Source: a virus (lineage: Duplodnaviria; Heunggongvirae; Uroviricota; Caudoviricetes). Taken from it: 64,000 nt of DNA. The stretch covers positions 50,857 to 114,856 of the IMG/VR virus record IMGVR_UViG_3300033233_000013; one strand, 5' to 3'. Under the pieces are notes generated by a model. It was given only the letters and a program-made list of their open reading frames with translations, was not told where the DNA came from and ran no database searches. This document shows positions 1 through 8,973 of the stretch, piece by piece. The first letter of the stretch is position 1. Every line of letters starts with the position of its first letter. The translations under genes and the position numbers were made by a program.

Positions 1-2696
1 GCCGCCATGGGTGGCCCGAGCACCTCGCGCTCGATGCGCGCACGCTCCGCGCCCTGTTGGGTTTCTTCGGCGTGCGCGTCGGGGACCGAGAGGCCGATCT
101 GCGCCATCGTCCGACGCGTCGAGCGGATGGACTGCTTCAGCTTCGCGTTCCAGTCCTTCTCCCAGTCCGCCTGGTTGGAGAGGACGTCGTCGTCGTAGTG
201 GTAGCGCTCCGGCGCGCCCACCTGGTCGGCCGCGCGTCGGCCCGCGTAGTAGGCGATGAGCGCGTGGCGCCGCGCGGCATCGGGGAACAGGCCTTGGCCC
301 GTGAAAAAGTCGAGCTGCTTGCGGTAATAGCCCGCAGTCCCGCGGAGATTCTGTTCGGGATTGAAGGGGTCGCGAACGCCCATCTCCGCCTGCGCCGCCG
401 GCATCAACTGGCCGAGGCCCTTGGCGCCCGTCGATGAGACGGCGTTTGGGTCGAAGCCGCTCTCCTTCTCGATCAGACCGAGGAGCAGCGAGAACGGCAG
501 CCGGTACTCGCGCGCAATCGCGGCGATCCGAGGATCGTCCGGTCGCAGCTTGCCGATCTGGTGGACGCTCGGCGGCGGCTGCACGCCCCCGCCGCCGAGG
601 AGCCGCTCGAACGCGGGATTCCGCGGCGCGCGGTGCGCCGGCATCGGGATGAGGCGATCGAGGATGTCGCCAGCGCCGGCCGAGCCCGGTGGAAACGCCG
701 TCGGCGCGTCGAGAAGCGCGCGCGCGCCGATCGCGCCCCCTGAGGCGACGATGCGCAGGAGCGCCAGATGCTCGTCGATATCGCCGCGCCTCCACCCATC
801 GCGCGGGAGGCCGCTCGCGGCCGTATCGGCGATCGCGTCCGAGGGGCCGCTCCAGAGCGATTTGAACCCCTGCCACGCCCCCTTACCGAGACCGTAGCCG
901 CCGAGCGCGCCTACGGCGGCACCGCCAGGAACAGGCGAGAAGAACCCCACCGTCCCACCAATGGCGGCACCGATGCCGCCCGAGATCAGATCTTCGGTGT
1001 TGGTCGGATCGTCGCCGGTCTTCAGATCGTACAGATCCTTGATAAGGGACAGGCCACCGCCGACACCGGTGAGCCGACCGACCAACCCAGCACGCAATCC
1101 GGCAGCACCTGCGGTTGCTCCCGCGCCCCCGAGCATACGGGCAGCCCAACTCCCGGCGCGGCGCGCGATAGCTACACCTCCCGACGCCGCCAGCAGGCCA
1201 CCACCAATCTGCAGAGCCGAATATGTCCCCGGATGGCCACCGATGTAGCGATCGGCGGCCGCTGACGCGCTCGACGCGAGTGTCCAGAGCGCCTCGCCGG
1301 CGGCGCGGGCGCTCGACGCGAGCATCGAGATGCCCCCCGGTGCGTCGCCGAGCGACCGCGTGTAGTCCGACATGGTCTTGTCGGTTGCCCCGGGCGAGAG
1401 AAGCTTTCCGACTTCGCTCGTTGGCAGCGTGCCGCGGATGAGCTGCTCGGCCACGGCCGCGCTTGGTGCCGCGCCGGCGCGCTCCATGAGGAGCGACCCC
1501 ATCGCGGGGTTGCCCTTATAGAGCGCCTGCCACTCGCGGATCGTCGCAGGGATTGATTCCTGCTTCTGGCTTTCGCTCCACTTCTGATAGGCGAGGAGAC
1601 CTTCCGGGGTCGTGATATCGACGTCGGGGTGCGCCTGCATGAACGCGCGCATCGCGACCATCTGGCCCATGCCGCGCCCCATGCTCGACGAGACGCTCTG
1701 CGCGATGTCCATCCCGCCCTGGCCCTGGCCGACACCGCCCGGGAGGCCGCGGAGGAACTCGAGGAGCGCGACGGTGTCGGCAGCGCCGCGAGGGCGAGAC
1801 ATCGTCCCGCCCTCGGCCTGCTGGAAGCGCACGAGCTGATCGAAGAGGCGCACGAGCTCCTCGATCCCGCCGACGGTCTTCTCGCCGGTGCGCTCGGACA
1901 TCTTGATGAGCGTCGCGAAGGCCTCGGCGCCGTTCTCAGTCCGAAACGAGCCGTAGAGCTCGGACCCGAGCTTTTCACCCGGGGACGCGGAGCCGAATTT
2001 CACTTGGCTCAGGTTCGCGAGGAGCATCGCCTCGCGCATCGATCCTGGCGCGGACATGCCGAGGCGACCGAGGCGTCCCGCGACACCGACCGTTACGTTC
2101 GGATCGACGAACCCCGGCTGGCTGAGGACGTGCTTCGAGAGGGTGTCGATCGCCTCGGGGCCGCCGCCCATGCCGCTCCCGGCGACCATCGCGCGCTCGG
2201 CGAAGTCGCGGGAGCGCGTCGCCATGCGCGACACCTCGGCGAACCCGGCACGAATGCCGAGGCCGAGCCCGACCGCGCCGGCGGCGCCGTAGAGGAGATC
2301 GCGCAGGTAGCGCGGCACGTCACGGTCACGATCGGTGGGCGGCGGCGGTGGAGGCGAGCCGGGCGGAACGCCACCGGTGCCGGCGCCCGCGGACGTCGTG
2401 AGGGGCGTCGGGGGGCGTCCGGCCCCGGGCGTGTGCGCATCCAGTTGCGCACCGAAGCGCGTAAGCTGCCGCCCAACCTCGTTGACGACCCCGCCGAGGT
2501 CCTGCATCTCCCGCATGAGGGACCGGACCGTCGCGAAATCGGGGTTCGCGGATGCCGGCGCGACCGACCCGGCCGGCCCCGGGGCGATGCCGCTGTCGCG
2601 CGCCTGACGCACCGAGTTGCCGAGCATCGAGAGCGCGGACTGCGCGCCCGCTATGTCGACGCGGACGGGGACGACGACGGGCTGGACGTCAGCCAT
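1..2696 (-). CDS. Tail tape-measure protein with lytic transglycosylase (SLT) domain; 3'-partial, C-terminus lies beyond the left window edge
   Basis: ATG at 2696 (MADVQPVVVPVRVD...). The minus frame stays open to position 1, so the ORF track does not list it (no stop in window). It is Gly/Ala-rich. An SLT signature ...EKESGFDPNAVSSTGAKGLGQLMP... is encoded around 380-460. The gene lies directly downstream of the G/GT chaperone genes. Confidence 0.7.
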   Translation of the reverse strand, partial: MADVQPVVVPVRVDIAGAQSALSMLGNSVRQARDSGIAPGPAGSVAPASANPDFATVRSLMREMQDLGGVVNEVGRQLTRFGAQLDAHTPGAGRPPTPLTTSAGAGTGGVPPGSPPPPPPTDRDRDVPRYLRDLLYGAAGAVGLGLGIRAGFAEVSRMATRSRDFAERAMVAGSGMGGGPEAIDTLSKHVLSQPGFVDPNVTVGVAGRLGRLGMSAPGSMREAMLLANLSQVKFGSASPGEKLGSELYGSFRTENGAEAFATLIKMSERTGEKTVGGIEELVRLFDQLVRFQQAEGGTMSRPRGAADTVALLEFLRGLPGGVGQGQGGMDIAQSVSSSMGRGMGQMVAMRAFMQAHPDVDITTPEGLLAYQKWSESQKQESIPATIREWQALYKGNPAMGSLLMERAGAAPSAAVAEQLIRGTLPTSEVGKLLSPGATDKTMSDYTRSLGDAPGGISMLASSARAAGEALWTLASSASAAADRYIGGHPGTYSALQIGGGLLAASGGVAIARRAGSWAARMLGGAGATAGAAGLRAGLVGRLTGVGGGLSLIKDLYDLKTGDDPTNTEDLISGGIGAAIGGTVGFFSPVPGGAAVGALGGYGLGKGAWQGFKSLWSGPSDAIADTAASGLPRDGWRRGDIDEHLALLRIVASGGAIGARALLDAPTAFPPGSAGAGDILDRLIPMPAHRAPRNPAFERLLGGGGVQPPPSVHQIGKLRPDDPRIAAIAREYRLPFSLLLGLIEKESGFDPNAVSSTGAKGLGQLMPAAQAEMGVRDPFNPEQNLRGTAGYYRKQLDFFTGQGLFPDAARRHALIAYYAGRRAADQVGAPERYHYDDDVLSNQADWEKDWNAKLKQSIRSTRRTMAQIGLSVPDAHAEETQQGAERARIEREVLGPPMA

Positions 2697-2740
2697 TCGC
2701 CGTCCTTCCGGCTTCCCATGCGCGCGGCAAGTGCGGTAGC

Positions 2741-3025
2741 ATGCGTGGCATGCCGAACCTCGCGATCCTTGGTGCGATCATCGTCGTCAGCCTGGTGACA
2801 GCACGGATTGCGGCACGCGTGATCTGCGACGCTGTCGAGTACAGCGCGTCGAGCTGGGCAGCGCCGGCACAAGTCGTGATCGCCTGCGTGGTGTTCGTCG
2901 CCGGCGCAGGATTGGTACTGTTCGGGTGGAACTTGCTCACCAACGCGCTGGGGGGAACTGTCGGTGCGATGGCGTTCGTAATCGCTGCCCTGGTGGGGTT
3001 CGTCGCCCCCCAGCGCGCGCGGTGA
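2741..3025 (+). CDS. Small integral membrane protein (3 predicted TM helices), antisense moron
   Basis: Internal Met (MRGMPNLAIL...) of ORF 2552..3025. Three hydrophobic helices (AILGAIIVVSLV, VVIACVVFVAGAGLVLFGW, VGAMAFVIAALVGFV). The upstream part of the track ORF is Arg-rich out-of-frame sequence. Confidence 0.5.
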   Translation: MRGMPNLAILGAIIVVSLVTARIAARVICDAVEYSASSWAAPAQVVIACVVFVAGAGLVLFGWNLLTNALGGTVGAMAFVIAALVGFVAPQRAR

Positions 3026-3591
3026 CGCGAGTGAACGAAGCCGTCCGCCGCAGAAGCCGCGTGGCGAGCATCGCGCTGATGGTCGCGGTCGGGCTTGCTG
3101 CCACAAGCCATGCGCAGACGGGCTCGTACCCGAGCATCCCCGGCGCCGATCCCGGCTGGCCACCCGCATTTTCGGAGGCGATCAACGATCTGGCCTTGGT
3201 CGATGTCTATTTCCCTGGCCAAGCGCCACGATGCCGTGACGACCGGTGGGATCGGGCAACGGTCGAGGCCTATCGCTGTTGGCAGACGCGGTTGTACCTG
3301 GGACGGTGCGCGGCCGTTGCCCGGGCCGCAGAGCGCGCACTCGCGTCGTTGGACGACTACCGCCACACGCGCAACCCCATCGATCGAGATTTCGCCTGGG
3401 ACCGCTTCACCTCCGACGCCAATGACGCCACGAATCAGATGGTCGATATGGGTAACCGGATCGCTAAACTTGGCGCCCGCGCCCGCATGGACCCCGAATT
3501 TGCCACGCCCACATGGATCGCTCCGTGTCGCGCACGCATCTTCCCGCTCCTCGATCGGATCGAGGTAGCCATGAAGACCGGACGGCAGTAG
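3022..3591 (+). CDS. Secreted hypothetical protein (Sec signal peptide)
   Basis: GTG/ATG start inside ORF 2926..3591. N-terminus RRRSRVASIALMVAVGLAATSHA|QT is a typical signal peptide. Composition is normal and GC3 is slightly lower than in neighbouring phage genes. Confidence 0.5.
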   Translation: MTRVNEAVRRRSRVASIALMVAVGLAATSHAQTGSYPSIPGADPGWPPAFSEAINDLALVDVYFPGQAPRCRDDRWDRATVEAYRCWQTRLYLGRCAAVARAAERALASLDDYRHTRNPIDRDFAWDRFTSDANDATNQMVDMGNRIAKLGARARMDPEFATPTWIAPCRARIFPLLDRIEVAMKTGRQ

Positions 3592-3595
3592 TAGT

Positions 3596-4314
3596 TCACT
3601 TCTCCGGCGGCGCCGCGGCGTCGTAGAGCTTCCGAAACTCCGCAGGCGTGATCTCCTTGCCCTCGGCTTCGAGGCGCTCGACGGGATCAATCGGCAACCC
3701 CGGTGAGCACGGACACGCGTTCTGGTAGGTCCAGCCGCCGCAGAGAGGACACTCGGCCGGGTCGGTACCGGCGACCGCAAGATCGCACTCGAGGTCGAGC
3801 TGCATGAGCTCGTCGCTCGCGGCGAGCACGCGCGGATCCGTCGGTGGTAACCCGTACTTGCGGCGGAAGAGGTAGGCATGACGCCGCTCCGTCAGCTCGG
3901 CGGCGACGATGGCGCGCCACTGCCGACGGAGCTCTCGCCTTTTCCCGCGAGCTCCTCCATCGCGGTGTCGTAGGCGCGGATGATCCCGGCGTGCATCTTC
4001 GGATGGAACGGCGCCGTGTCGCTCAGCCACGGCGGCTTCTCGATCGCGAGTGTCTCGAAGAACGCGATCGCGAGCGCGAAGAGGTAGGTCGGTCCCGGCA
4101 CGCTCGCCGGGTCCTTCGCGCCGAACTGCTGGAGTGCCGACGTGACGCTGGTCGGAATCTTCAGGCAGAGTTCATGGCTCGTTGGCCAGCGGAGGCGGAT
4201 CGTGCCAGCGCATTCGGGGCCGAAAAGCTCGGCGACCCCGCGTCCGATGGTCGGGTCCGCGGGAAGATAGGTGTCCTTCTCGATGGAAAAACTGATCTCA
4301 GTCGGCAGTTGCAT
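3596..4314 (-). CDS. Tail assembly chaperone GT-like fusion, produced by a -1 programmed frameshift at 3946..3940 (frame 0 from 4314 to 3940, then -1 frame from 3939 to 3596)
   Basis: ORF 3596..4030 is in the -1 frame relative to 3892..4314. After the slip it reads GKRRELRRQWRAIVAAELTE...CPLCGGWTYQNACPCSPG...EK, with good composition downstream of the slip site only. Confidence 0.5.
3892..4314 (-). CDS. Tail assembly chaperone, G-like (frame-0 product)
   Basis: 140-aa ORF with normal composition, immediately downstream of the tube gene and upstream of the tape-measure gene. It contains the slippery heptamer GGGAAAA 17 codons before its stop. Confidence 0.6.
   Translation of the reverse strand: MQLPTEISFSIEKDTYLPADPTIGRGVAELFGPECAGTIRLRWPTSHELCLKIPTSVTSALQQFGAKDPASVPGPTYLFALAIAFFETLAIEKPPWLSDTAPFHPKMHAGIIRAYDTAMEELAGKGESSVGSGAPSSPPS
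3940..3946 (-). other. Slippery heptamer G_GGA_AAA (X_XXY_YYZ), a -1 ribosomal frameshift site
   Basis: The minus strand reads gcG GGA AAA Ggc in the G reading frame. Confidence 0.55.
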
Positions 4315-4437
4315 ACACGTCTCCCGTCAGGGTTCCGGGAGTGGGTGCTACCTGTGCGGCGTGCACCCCAAGCGCGACGGGTCCGGTGAACGGAAGGGGT
4401 TGCCCAGGCGCGTTGCACGCCCGAGTCCCCGTGCTGC

Positions 4438-4462
4438 GCGCGGCTCAGTACGTGAGCCGCGC
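4438..4462 (-). other. Perfect 10-bp stem / 5-nt loop hairpin (GCGCGGCTCA-gtacg-TGAGCCGCGC) just downstream of motif copy 1
   Basis: Inverted repeat read directly from the sequence. No U-tract follows on the minus strand. Confidence 0.5.
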
Positions 4463-4468
4463 TCCTAC

Positions 4469-4485
4469 CGTCAATCGTGCCAAGC
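4469..4485 (-). promoter_or_regulatory. Conserved 17-bp motif copy 1 (minus strand CTTGGCACGATTGACGG), candidate late promoter or operator
   Basis: Lies in the intergenic region between the tube and G-chaperone genes. It is repeated at 15340-15356 (one mismatch) and perfectly at 49812-49828 and 49991-50007. Confidence 0.5.
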
Positions 4486-4488
4486 AGA

Positions 4489-4911
4489 TCAGCCGACGAT
4501 CCGCATCGCCTCGAAGACGAGGTTCCGCTGGATCGGATTGTTCGCCGCGACCGACCGATCGCGCGAGACGAGATGGCACTCCTCGGCCGTCTGGCGCGCG
4601 CCCGAGTACTTGTCGATGATGTCGATGTCCACGTAGTCGGCGTTCAACGCATCGGCAGCGCCGCGGCTCGAGAGCTCGAGCATCGAGATCGTCACACGAT
4701 TCGTGTACGCGCCGTCGACGATGCCCTGCGGATTCGGATCGCCGATCGCGTAGAGCGGCCGCGCGCCGGTGTTCTGACTGAGCGACGCGTTCGAGCTCTC
4801 GGCGCTCCGGCCGGTGAGTCCTTCGCCGAGGATCTTCCGCTCGCCCGGGCCGCGCGTGTAAACCTGGACACGATTTCCGGTGCGGTACCTTTCCGCGGCC
4901 AAATTTCCCAT
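4489..4911 (-). CDS. Tail tube protein (or small major tail protein)
   Basis: 140-aa ORF of normal composition, positioned between the 486-aa sheath-like gene and the G/GT chaperone, as in P2/Mu-type tail modules. Confidence 0.5.
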   Translation of the reverse strand: MGNLAAERYRTGNRVQVYTRGPGERKILGEGLTGRSAESSNASLSQNTGARPLYAIGDPNPQGIVDGAYTNRVTISMLELSSRGAADALNADYVDIDIIDKYSGARQTAEECHLVSRDRSVAANNPIQRNLVFEAMRIVG

Positions 4912-4951
4912 TTTCTTGCCCCCTCCCCCTCTCGCTCAGCGCACGCCGGCG

Positions 4952-6412
4952 TCAGACCGTGAGCGGCACCTCGAAGTTGACGACGATGTCCGTTTGCTCC
5001 AGTTGAAGACTCACGGGCACGAAATTAATGGGCGGGATCGGCGTGAACGCGGCCGAGATGTAGAGCACCATCCCGACGAGCTCGCCGTGGATGCTCTCGG
5101 GACGGTACGAGTTGATGCGGACGGCCGCCCGCTGGCGCGTCGCCTCGTTCAGGATCTGATCCATCGCCGCCTCGGCCCGGACGACCGTCGCCCGCGTGCC
5201 CTCGCGGCCGAGCGCCACCTGGCGCATCGCGGCGTTCACCTGGTCCTCGATGCCGTCGACGGCGGCCAAGACGGAGTGCTCGCGGTCGTAGAGGTTGTCG
5301 CTCCCGGTGTAGGTCGAGAGGCCACGCGAGACGAGGAAGGTCGAGGGCGCGTCGGGATCGGACATCGGCGGCGCGACGCCGTTGATGTGGAGCCCGTCGA
5401 CGGGCCCGATCTCGGTATCGGGATCGAGCCGCGCCTCGAGCGAGGCGACGTCGAGATGGCGGAACGTCATCGGCGTCGAGGGATCGAGCGTCGCCGCGAG
5501 CGCCGCATAGCGGGCGGTCGCCAGGTAGCCCGGCTGGCCCTCCATGCCGAGGCCGACGTGCATCATCCGCTTCGCGTTGATGGCCGCCGCATCCGCCTTC
5601 AGGTTGGCGAGCGCCGTCGCCCGGTTCGAGGTCCCATTCCAGTTCTGGAGTCCGCGTCCGAAGAAGCCGCGCAGACGCTTCAGGATCGCGTAGTCGGCGA
5701 GCATCGCCCAGACGGTCGACGACGAGCTCCCGATCGCGATCGTATTCACGCGGATCCCGTCGAGGGCGTGGAGCGCGTCGCTCCAGTCCTGCGTGACGGC
5801 CGCCGGCTCGGTGCCGCCGGTCATCGGCGCGAATGCCGCGTTGACGGGCGTCCCTTGGGCCGTCCAGACCGCCGACACGAGTGCCGAGCGCTGGTTGATC
5901 GCATCCACGAGATCCGCGATCGCGGTTGCGCCCGAATACGGGAAGATCTCGAGGATGGTGCCGGTCGTCGTCGGGATGCTCAGCGTGAGCACGCCGGTCT
6001 CGATCTTCACCTGGATCTGATTGAACTTGAGGCCCCAGCCCTTGCTCGTGAGCGTCGCGAGGAGCGACGGCCCGGTCGCGTTGATCGCGAAGGTCGAGGG
6101 TGTCGACTTGTTGACCGGCACGACCAAGACGGTGCCGGCGCCGCGGTCGAGCTCGCTGAACGGCTTCGCCGCGAACTCCGCCATCGTCAGGAGCTCCGAG
6201 GGCGTGATGAACCGCTGCGGCGAGCCGCTCCCGAGCGGCAGCGACGTTGCCACGCCCGGCGGGAAGAGTCCGGCGCCGACGCCGAGGATCGCGACCGTCC
6301 CGAGCGGTGTGACCGGCCGGAGATCGAGATTGTCGGCGTTGACGGTGAGGAAGACATCGGGGACGGTCGTGAACCGCCCCCCGAACGAAAACCCGATTCC
6401 GAAGCGCGCCAC
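4952..6412 (-). CDS. Probable contractile tail sheath protein (alternatively a large major tail protein)
   Basis: 486-aa ORF (MARFGIGFSFGG...) with good composition. Size and position (sheath-tube-G/GT-tape measure order) support the call. No diagnostic motif was recognised by eye. Confidence 0.45.
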   Translation of the reverse strand: MARFGIGFSFGGRFTTVPDVFLTVNADNLDLRPVTPLGTVAILGVGAGLFPPGVATSLPLGSGSPQRFITPSELLTMAEFAAKPFSELDRGAGTVLVVPVNKSTPSTFAINATGPSLLATLTSKGWGLKFNQIQVKIETGVLTLSIPTTTGTILEIFPYSGATAIADLVDAINQRSALVSAVWTAQGTPVNAAFAPMTGGTEPAAVTQDWSDALHALDGIRVNTIAIGSSSSTVWAMLADYAILKRLRGFFGRGLQNWNGTSNRATALANLKADAAAINAKRMMHVGLGMEGQPGYLATARYAALAATLDPSTPMTFRHLDVASLEARLDPDTEIGPVDGLHINGVAPPMSDPDAPSTFLVSRGLSTYTGSDNLYDREHSVLAAVDGIEDQVNAAMRQVALGREGTRATVVRAEAAMDQILNEATRQRAAVRINSYRPESIHGELVGMVLYISAAFTPIPPINFVPVSLQLEQTDIVVNFEVPLTV

Positions 6413-6413
6413 G

Positions 6414-6665
6414 TTAGTATCCCCCTCCCGTGAACTCCGCGAACGCCGCGTCCCACGCTGCGAACGGCTTGCGCTTCTGGAGCTCGCCCTTCATCCGCAT
6501 CTCATGGCGAAAGCCGGCGACGAGCGTCCGCTGGGGACTCGCCTGCCCGTGCGCCCACTCGTCGAACTCGACCGGAAAGCGCTCCGGCTGCGTGTCGGCG
6601 ACCGGCGCGAGGTCCGCGCGCGCGGACGCGACCGCGGTCGTCTCAGAGGTTGGCTTGGCCGTCAC
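6414..6665 (-). CDS. Hypothetical small virion or tail-associated protein (83 aa)
   Basis: Normal composition. Its stop abuts the sheath gene start. Confidence 0.45.
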   Translation of the reverse strand: MTAKPTSETTAVASARADLAPVADTQPERFPVEFDEWAHGQASPQRTLVAGFRHEMRMKGELQKRKPFAAWDAAFAEFTGGGY

Positions 6666-7494
6666 CCGACACCTCCGCGTCGTCTTGGGTGAGCGTGACG
6701 TCGGTCGCCGTCACGGTGAGGAGATCCTCGGGAAGCGACAGGGCGGTCAGGCCGGTGACGACGAGCGTCCGCGCGAAGAGCTCGGCCGGGAACATCGGCG
6801 GCCGCGGTGCGAGGTCGCCGGTCTCGACCCCGCGCAGCGTGAAGCCCTGCGTCTCGAAGAGATCCCGCGCGGCGACGAGGTACGCCTGCAACATCCGCCC
6901 GAGCATCATGATGAAGGGCGGGTTCGAGCCGAGGACATCCACGCGGAGCGTCACCTGCTCGGGCCAGCCGACCCGCTGCGTGAGCGTGTAGAAGACGATC
7001 TCGGTCCCGATGGCATGCGCGGTTGCCGTCGAGCCGAGAATGCCGCGGCTCTCGAGGAGGAAGGCACCGGTGTCGAAGCGGTAGATCGCGTACTCGCTCC
7101 CGATCCGCAGCGTGCCGCGGACGGGCACGTCGTTGGGGACGGCAGGCGCGGCATTCGTGAACGTGATCGCGGCGCCGTCCTGGCCGTTGATCCCGGCTGC
7201 GAGGATGCGGACCGCGAGCGGCTCCTCTTCGGGGTCGGAGGCGGTGTCGCCGATGATCGCGATCTTCTGCGTCCCGGCGAGCGTCACGAGGACCGACCAG
7301 TCTTCCGGGATCTCCGCCGACCAGCCGAGGCGCACCTTCCCCTTGCGATTCGTGAGTGCGGTCCGAAAGCTGTCGCGCTCGCTCTGCGGACGGAAGCCGA
7401 GCATCTCGTCCAGGATCTTCGGGTTGGCGAGCATCTGCGTCACGGCCGCGTCGACCACGTCACGCACCTGGAAGTCGGGGAGGCTGAGGCTCAT
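6643..7494 (-). CDS. Structural protein (neck, tail completion or baseplate-like), ~283 aa
   Basis: Internal Met MSLSLPDFQVRDVV... of ORF 6643..7845, on an ATGA overlap with the stop of the upstream gene at 7491. The upstream 117 codons are Arg-rich out-of-frame sequence. Confidence 0.5.
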   Translation of the reverse strand: MSLSLPDFQVRDVVDAAVTQMLANPKILDEMLGFRPQSERDSFRTALTNRKGKVRLGWSAEIPEDWSVLVTLAGTQKIAIIGDTASDPEEEPLAVRILAAGINGQDGAAITFTNAAPAVPNDVPVRGTLRIGSEYAIYRFDTGAFLLESRGILGSTATAHAIGTEIVFYTLTQRVGWPEQVTLRVDVLGSNPPFIMMLGRMLQAYLVAARDLFETQGFTLRGVETGDLAPRPPMFPAELFARTLVVTGLTALSLPEDLLTVTATDVTLTQDDAEVSGDGQANL

Positions 7495-8366
7495 CCGATC
7501 TCCATCCCGACGAGGGTGACGACGTCTGCGCGCGCGGCCTCGCCGACGAGCTCGCGCACCTGGTCCTTGACGAGGCCGACCGTCTGGGCGGCGATGCGGG
7601 CCGGCGCGACCGGAGGAATCCACCAGCCGACGGAGTCCTCCATCATCGTCCGAAACGTCATGTATGTGCCCGACTCCCGGCCGGTGAGCGGGTTCGTCTG
7701 CGTGACTCGCGTGAGACCCTCGTAGAGGCGATTCTTCCAGGTGTACCCAGGCTGGCCGGTCTCCCGCATCGCGCGATCGCGGAGCGCGGCTTGCCGTTCG
7801 ATCGTCCGCTCGCGCTGGCGCGCGGTGAGCTCGCGCGAGAACCACGGGAAGTTCGACACGTCGTAGGGCCGGCTCATGATCGGGCCGGCGGCGTCGAGAC
7901 GGCGCTGCGCGGCCGCGAGGCGCTCGGCGACGGCGGCATTGCGCCGCTGCTTCAGCTGCGCCTTCAGCCGCATGACGGCGAGCGCGTCGCGGTACACATT
8001 GTCGGGGAGCATGCGTCGCGCGCGACCCGAGCCGACGCCGGCCAGTCCCGGCGTCGCATGACGCATCGGGATCGTCAGGTACCGGCGACCGTCCTTCGTC
8101 GTTTTGACGTGCGGACCCGACCAGTCGACATGTGCGGGCATCGAAAATCCGGCATGGCCTTCTTCGAGAAACCGAGCGTGCGGGGATGTATTCGCCACTG
8201 CCGCCGAGAGCGCGTTCCCCTCGTAGGGAAACATCTTCTCGAAGCTCGTGTAGGACGCGTACGCCCCGGTATCAGTGTGCTCGCGCGCCAGATCGCCCCA
8301 CGCGGCGATGATTAGGTCGGGCACGGGCCCTTCCAATGCGGCCTCGATATGGGGAAACTCACGCAT
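7491..8366 (-). CDS. Structural or morphogenesis protein, ~291 aa
   Basis: Internal Met MREFPHIEAALEG... of ORF 7491..8420. Normal composition. Confidence 0.5.
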   Translation of the reverse strand: MREFPHIEAALEGPVPDLIIAAWGDLAREHTDTGAYASYTSFEKMFPYEGNALSAAVANTSPHARFLEEGHAGFSMPAHVDWSGPHVKTTKDGRRYLTIPMRHATPGLAGVGSGRARRMLPDNVYRDALAVMRLKAQLKQRRNAAVAERLAAAQRRLDAAGPIMSRPYDVSNFPWFSRELTARQRERTIERQAALRDRAMRETGQPGYTWKNRLYEGLTRVTQTNPLTGRESGTYMTFRTMMEDSVGWWIPPVAPARIAAQTVGLVKDQVRELVGEAARADVVTLVGMEIG

Positions 8367-8973
8367 GGACGATCGCTCCGCCGGCGAACTGCGGCGCTGC
8401 TCGCAATGCGGCGTCGACAAGCCCCCGAGCGAGTTCTACTGCAAAGCGAATCAGCCGGGCGTTCTTCGCTCGGCGTGCAAGGCGTGCCATCGCGACAGCG
8501 GCAAAGCGTCGACGGAGCGATACAGGGCAAGCGCCAAGGGGATCGCGACGATCAGGCGCTACACGCGGGGCGCGCATCGACGCGAGTACTCCCGCGCGTA
8601 CCATGCGCGCCCCGAGGTGAAGGTTCAGGAGCGCGAACGCGACCGATCGCGCGACCGCAGCGAATCGAATCGCGCGTACCGTCAGCGACCCGAGGTGAAG
8701 GAGAGCCTGCGGCAGTTGGCCGCTGCCGAGCGCGTAAAGAACCCCGCGCGCGGGAGGGCGCACGCCGCAGTCAGCCGGGCGCTGAAAAGCGGTCGCCTTC
8801 AAAGGCCCGCGGTCTGCCCCAAGTGCGGATCGTCGAAATGGCGGATCGAGGCGCACCACCACCGCGGATACGACCGCGAGTTCTGGCTCGACGTCGAATG
8901 GATGTGCCAGCGGTGCCACCTGCACGCTCACAAGTTCCTTGGCGACGGTGGAGTCGGGGCCGCGCATCAGTAG
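8365..8973 (+). CDS. HNH endonuclease with an N-terminal Cys-rich zinc-finger region, antisense insertion in the structural operon
   Basis: Internal Met MDDRSAGELRRCSQCG... of ORF 8275..8973. C-terminal CPKCGSSKWRIEAHHHRGYDREFWLDVEWMCQRCHLHAH is HNH-like. It is a paralog of the plus-strand gene at 45622-46386. Confidence 0.6.
   Translation: MDDRSAGELRRCSQCGVDKPPSEFYCKANQPGVLRSACKACHRDSGKASTERYRASAKGIATIRRYTRGAHRREYSRAYHARPEVKVQERERDRSRDRSESNRAYRQRPEVKESLRQLAAAERVKNPARGRAHAAVSRALKSGRLQRPAVCPKCGSSKWRIEAHHHRGYDREFWLDVEWMCQRCHLHAHKFLGDGGVGAAHQ

Noticed and set aside
1629-2798. 389-aa plus-strand ORF, together with similar long plus-strand ORFs at 4880-6433, 6430-7725, 11552-15379, 15856-17538, 17554-21369, 33771-37988, 39774-41153, 47873-49951, 51602-53443, 53984-55396 and 56801-60049
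   Set aside because: These are antisense to well-supported minus-strand genes. They have Arg/Ala/Gly/Asp-rich, low-complexity translations typical of open antisense frames in 70% GC DNA, and they carry no domain signatures.
2689-3879. 396-aa minus-strand ORF spanning the moron region
   Set aside because: The translation is Ser/Arg/Thr/Pro-rich and low complexity. It overlaps two plus-strand genes that have a clear signal peptide and TM helices, and it is out of frame with the tape-measure start at 2696.
4469-4485. Interpretation of the TTGGCACG motif as a sigma-54 promoter
   Set aside because: The -24 element TGGCACG is perfect, but the -12 position reads ACGG rather than TTGC in all four copies. 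This is kept only as a generic promoter or operator candidate.
4952-6412. Confident assignment of the 486-aa protein as tail sheath, and of the 633-aa protein at 47849-49750 as portal
   Set aside because: I recognised no diagnostic motif by eye. These calls rest on size and gene order only, so they are kept at moderate confidence.
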